Source of the DNA: Rhizaria sp. SCN 62-66
Taxonomy: Eukaryota
DNA: 27,331 nucleotides
Direction: 5' to 3'
NCBI GenBank assembly: GCA_001724265.1
Contig: MEDY01000042.1
Span: forward strand, 310,001-337,331
Shown here: positions 23,625 through 27,331 of the stretch, piece after piece
Layout of the letters: every line of letters begins with the position of its first letter
Numbering within the stretch: the stretch's first letter is position 1
Program-made: the position numbers and the translations under genes
Notes under the pieces: model-generated
Told to the model about the DNA's origin: nothing
Seen by the model: the letters and a program-made list of their open reading frames with translations, nothing else
Database searches by the model: none

Positions 23625-23895
23625 CTTACTCAGCGGATCGTACCCCGTGAACTTGACAGTGTACTGCTTCACCGACCCGTCCTGGTCCTGCACGCGCACC
23701 GTGAACGTTGGTTCGCTATCCAGATTCTTTCCACATCACCACGCCAGTCGCCTCCCGGCCGGCAAAACGCGCTGGGACAGGGTTCATCTCAGTTTTGTCC
23801 GAGTACTCCTCGATGACGCGGCGCACACTGTGCAGATCGCTCCGAATCGAGCTGGGGAACAGGCAGAGCGTCGACGGGCCTGTGTCACTGGCCAT
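23625..23895 (-). pseudogene. Probable frameshifted, 5'-truncated coding fragment of unknown family (about 90 codons)
   Basis: A GC-rich island with host-like codon bias in an AT-rich intergenic gap. It reads MASDTGPSTLCLFPSSIRSDLHSVRRVIEEYSDKTEMNPVPARFAGREATGVVMW, then after skipping one A of the run at 23728-23730, KNLDSEPTFTVRVQDQDGSVKQYTVKFTGYDPLSK. Confidence 0.45.
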
Positions 23896-24101
23896 CACTT
23901 GATTCGGGATATTACTCGTCAATTGTTAGAATTGCTAGGACAGATTAAACAACAAGCTTCAGCTACTACAGGCAGAAAGTGAAATATTTCGTTCAGTGCA
24001 ATCAGTATCGTATCGTGGAGATCTAATTTGCTCTTGTTTTATTTACTTTTCTGTGTCCTCAGACCTGTGTCCTGTGTCCTGAGCACCTTATTGTTTAAGC
24101 T

Positions 24102-26472
24102 TTACTTGGTCTTGGCCGCCGCAGCAGCCTTGTTGGGACGCGTAACGACCATATTGTTCGCGTTGAGGTGCTGCGGGTCTCCGGGGGGCTTGCCGAGGCG
24201 GTGCAGGTAGCAAAGCATGGCCCAATACGCCTCGCCGAGCGAGCCGAACTGGTTGTACTGGAGCCCGAACTCGGCGGCGGTGTCGGCGACGATCTTGGCG
24301 ACAACCGGATAGCAGTAGTGCGAGATCGAGGGGAACAGGTGGTGCACGGTCTGGTGGTTGAGGCCGCCGGAGAACCAGTTCCAGAAGTGGGAGCCGACGC
24401 CCCAGTCAGCGGAGCCGATGACCTGTTTCTCGGCCCAGTGGAGGTCGTTGGCGGGGATCAGGTTGTCCTGAAGCGAATAAAACAATAACATAGACAGTAG
24501 AAACAAAAAAAAACAGATTAGGAGTGAGAAGATCATTTGATATTAGACAATTCATTACAATAATTAGGACAACAAAATGTGGGAATCACTCAATAAAGCT
24601 GACAAGAAAAGAGCTGACAATATATCCGGTGTTAGGTGGACGTACCTGGATGTGGTTGACGATGAAGATGTTCTCGAGGTAGTGAGACGAGATGACCATG
24701 AGGAAGAACGCGGAGAAAAAGGCGAAGACGGGCCCGTGGTGGATGGCCGGGTAGAGGAAGTGGAGCAGGAACCAGAAGCCCTTAAAGCCGAGCAGAATGG
24801 CCCAGTCGCGGGGGGTGGTGTAGAACTTCTGCGAGCCGACCTTCTTGGCGAGGAAGTCAAAGACGTCGGTGAAGTACCACTTGAAGGTGCCGATGGAGAT
24901 GGCGAGCACGGTGAAGGGCGCCTGGATACGGTGGTGCGCCTGATGCTCAAGCCCCGGGTGGAAGCGGATGAACGGGTAAGCGATGGAGCAGTCGTTGTCG
25001 GACCAGAGCTGGTTCGGGGTCAAGTGGTGCGCCACGGCGTGCTCGTGGGTCCAGATCTTGGACGAGCCGCCGATCAGATCCATCACCTATACATCGCACA
25101 TCCATTGCGCAGAAACAACGATAGAAAACATAAAATACAAGTGAGACAATGTGGGATGATGAAGATACTTGAGTTAGAAAAAACAACATGTGAGATGCAA
25201 CACTGGCAAGCGTATTTGCCATATTATAAAAGGTCGCACAAATTCACTGTTCAAGTTCCACGTTGCAGTAGTGACGACAAACACACAGTTAAAAACACTC
25301 AAGTCGCTATTATGTAACTCGAAAGCACTATGATCGCAACTGGTGGATGATTGCTTTCGTACCTTCTCGATGATCTCGTTGACGGTGGAGTTGGTCGACA
25401 TCGCGCGGTGGTTGCCCATGTGCATGAAGAAGCCCAGACGGCCAGTGAGGAGGCCGATGGGGATGCACCACCAGTAGGAGCCGGACTGGGCGAGGAGGAC
25501 GGAAAAGAGCAGGTAGAGGAACACAGTCAGAGAGACCTCGAAGAGAGCAATCGACTGGTAGAAGTGGCGGCCCCAACCGACCTCCTTGAGCTTCGCCTCC
25601 ACGCGCGCGCGCACGGTGACGAGGAACTTGTCATCCGGGATCGGGGGCTGAAGTTGGGAGCAGGCGCGCGAGAGAGAGCAGGGCAAGGTCGAGCGAAGAG
25701 CGGCGGAGAGCGAAAAGGTGGGGGAGAAAAGCAAAGAGCAAAGGCCGGGGAAGTTTTAAAGGAAGAATACGTGAGAGATAAAAGCACGAAAAGAGACACT
25801 ATCACTGGAAATCGGTAGATTGTCTCGTGTTTTAATTAAATAACGTAAAAACAATTCGTTGCAGTGGTATGGCGCAGCGCTAGAGAGGAAAAACGCAAAG
25901 TGGTTGAGAACGGTGCAGAAGCCCGACTAGGGGAAACAACTCGACCGACTGACTATAGTCCCACTCCAAGCAGCATAAAAGACGCAAATTAGCGGGGATA
26001 GACGTACAGCGTTGGCAAGCTCGCCAATGTAGTACTTCTCGAGCAAGTTGAGGGCCTTGATCTGGCCGACAGAGGGGTGGTAGGACTCGAGCATGTCGGT
26101 ACCGTCGCGGCCGGCGCAGAACTTGACGATGTCGCCACCGGGGTGGTGGGGCACGAACTCAGTGATATCGTACACCTTGTTGTTCACAACGGTCCAGAAA
26201 ACACTACGATGGGAGAGTAGAACAACATAAAAGGTCGGCGTTAGGCGGAGAAATAGCGTGAAAAGCAGGACAAAACAGGGGGAAAAGAAGGGAAAGCGTG
26301 AATATGTGGGCGTCCAGGCACGTGAGGGAGTGCCCCGATAAGGAGCTTGTTGGAGGTGCGAAAAGCGTTATTGGACGTACCCATGCTCGCCGTTGTTGGC
26401 CATGACTTCCTCGACCGTGTAAGACTTGGCGCCCTTGGTCGCGGCAGTATCCTTCTTGGGAAGCACCACCAT
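24102..26472 (-). CDS. Cytochrome b5-fused front-end fatty acid desaturase (delta-5/delta-4/delta-6 type), about 459 aa. Exons 26472..26381, 26203..26008, 25647..25363, 25086..24646, 24467..24102.
   Basis: Cytochrome b5 domain WTVVNNKVYDITEFVPHHPGG. Three His boxes: HMGNH, HAVAHH and GGLNHQTVHHLFP, the last with the Gln-for-His change typical of front-end desaturases. Four GT-AG introns (26204-26380, 25648-26007, 25087-25362, 24468-24645) give a continuous 1380-nt frame. Stop is TAA at 24102-24104. Regiospecificity cannot be read from the sequence. Confidence 0.93.
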
Positions 26473-27093
26473 TGTGACTCCGAAGACTGCGGGAGAAAAG
26501 CGCGGGAATGACCAAGGAGTTAAGGGTAGCGAGGATCGGTGAGCGACACGAAATACACGACAGAAACGCGAAACCGCAGTTAGAAAATGAATGAAATGAT
26601 AAATGACAGTGTCTTTTTTCTGGACACTTATAAACAAATATCTTTGTGGAGAGCCCGCAACAAAGTAACCGTTCCTATTTTGCGGCTTGTGGAGGGTGTT
26701 GTCTCACTCCTCTCACAGTCAAGTTTAGCCGGACAGTCAGTCGCGAGGCAACAAGTGACGAGGGATAGTTGCAGGGTACCGAATAAATAATAGTGCGAAA
26801 GATAATAAAAACAAAAGGTGTATTTCCTGCTTGAAACGAGCGAAGCAGAATCTCACGTGTAGCAACGCACACGACGTATATAAAGCAAATAGATAAGCTG
26901 TGTGGCAAAGAGTTTATGACTCGCCCCATCTTGGTTCTGCGCCTCACAAACGCGCGCTTAACGAGCAGCGCTTAACCAAGAGGTACAAAGCAAACGCGTC
27001 TAGACGGCAGTGCAGAGCGCGGAGAATGGGGCAAGAAACAGCATGTTTTAGAGAGTGTTTGTTGGGAGTGTTTGGACTGGGGAGCTGATTTGC

Positions 27094-27331
27094 TTAGTGG
27101 TGGTTGTCCTTGGGGAGGAAGACGGGGTAACCACGGAAGTCGCGACGCGCGATGGCCTCGCCGATGCAGAAGCAACCGAAGACCTGGAGGGACCACACGG
27201 CGGCAGTGGCGACCTGCTTGTTGGTGAAGTCGGTGACCTTGGTGCCGGCAATCACGCACGCCTCCTTCTTGGCGGCGGCGTAGGTCGCGGGCATCGCGGA
27301 CGCCTTGCGGTACCAGAACTCGAAGCGGCGG
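27094..27331 (-). CDS. ATP20: Mitochondrial F1Fo ATP synthase subunit g (ATP20/ATP5MG family), 3' part; 5' end outside the window
   Basis: The frame is open from the window edge: RRFEFWYRKASAMPATYAAAKKEA...VATAAVWSLQVFGCFCIGEAIARRDFRGYPV...HH. This matches the subunit g C-terminal motif F.xGE.IG.R...GY. Strong GC3 codon bias. Stop is TAA at 27094-27096. Confidence 0.8.
   Translation of the reverse strand, partial: RRFEFWYRKASAMPATYAAAKKEACVIAGTKVTDFTNKQVATAAVWSLQVFGCFCIGEAIARRDFRGYPVFLPKDNHH

Noticed and set aside
23716-23733. Euplotes-type programmed +1 frameshift
   Set aside because: The AAA is not directly followed by a stop codon (AAA GAA TCT GGA TAG), and the fragment lacks an evident 5' part.

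Overview
Gene-dense eukaryotic nuclear DNA, probably from a protist with mitochondria. Exons are GC-rich and ten GT-AG spliceosomal introns of 130-360 nt are supported. Six protein genes are present, in order: a giant (>3600 aa) low-complexity orphan protein (-, runs off the left edge); MO25/CAB39 (-); a PH + EDR2_C (DUF1336) protein (+); a TKL-like protein kinase fused through a Gln-rich linker to Sel1-like repeats (+); a cytochrome b5-fused front-end fatty acid desaturase (-); and the 3' end of mitochondrial ATP synthase subunit g (-). The main observation is evidence for a non-standard nuclear genetic code. Six in-frame TAG codons, and no in-frame TAA or TGA, interrupt two otherwise continuous reading frames, mostly in Gln-rich contexts. 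All five visible gene ends use TAA. This suggests TAG is a sense codon (most likely Gln) while TAA remains stop, a rare split of the two UAR codons. No TAG falls at an alignable conserved position, so the amino acid is inferred and editing or readthrough are not excluded. Exon coordinates were derived by hand.
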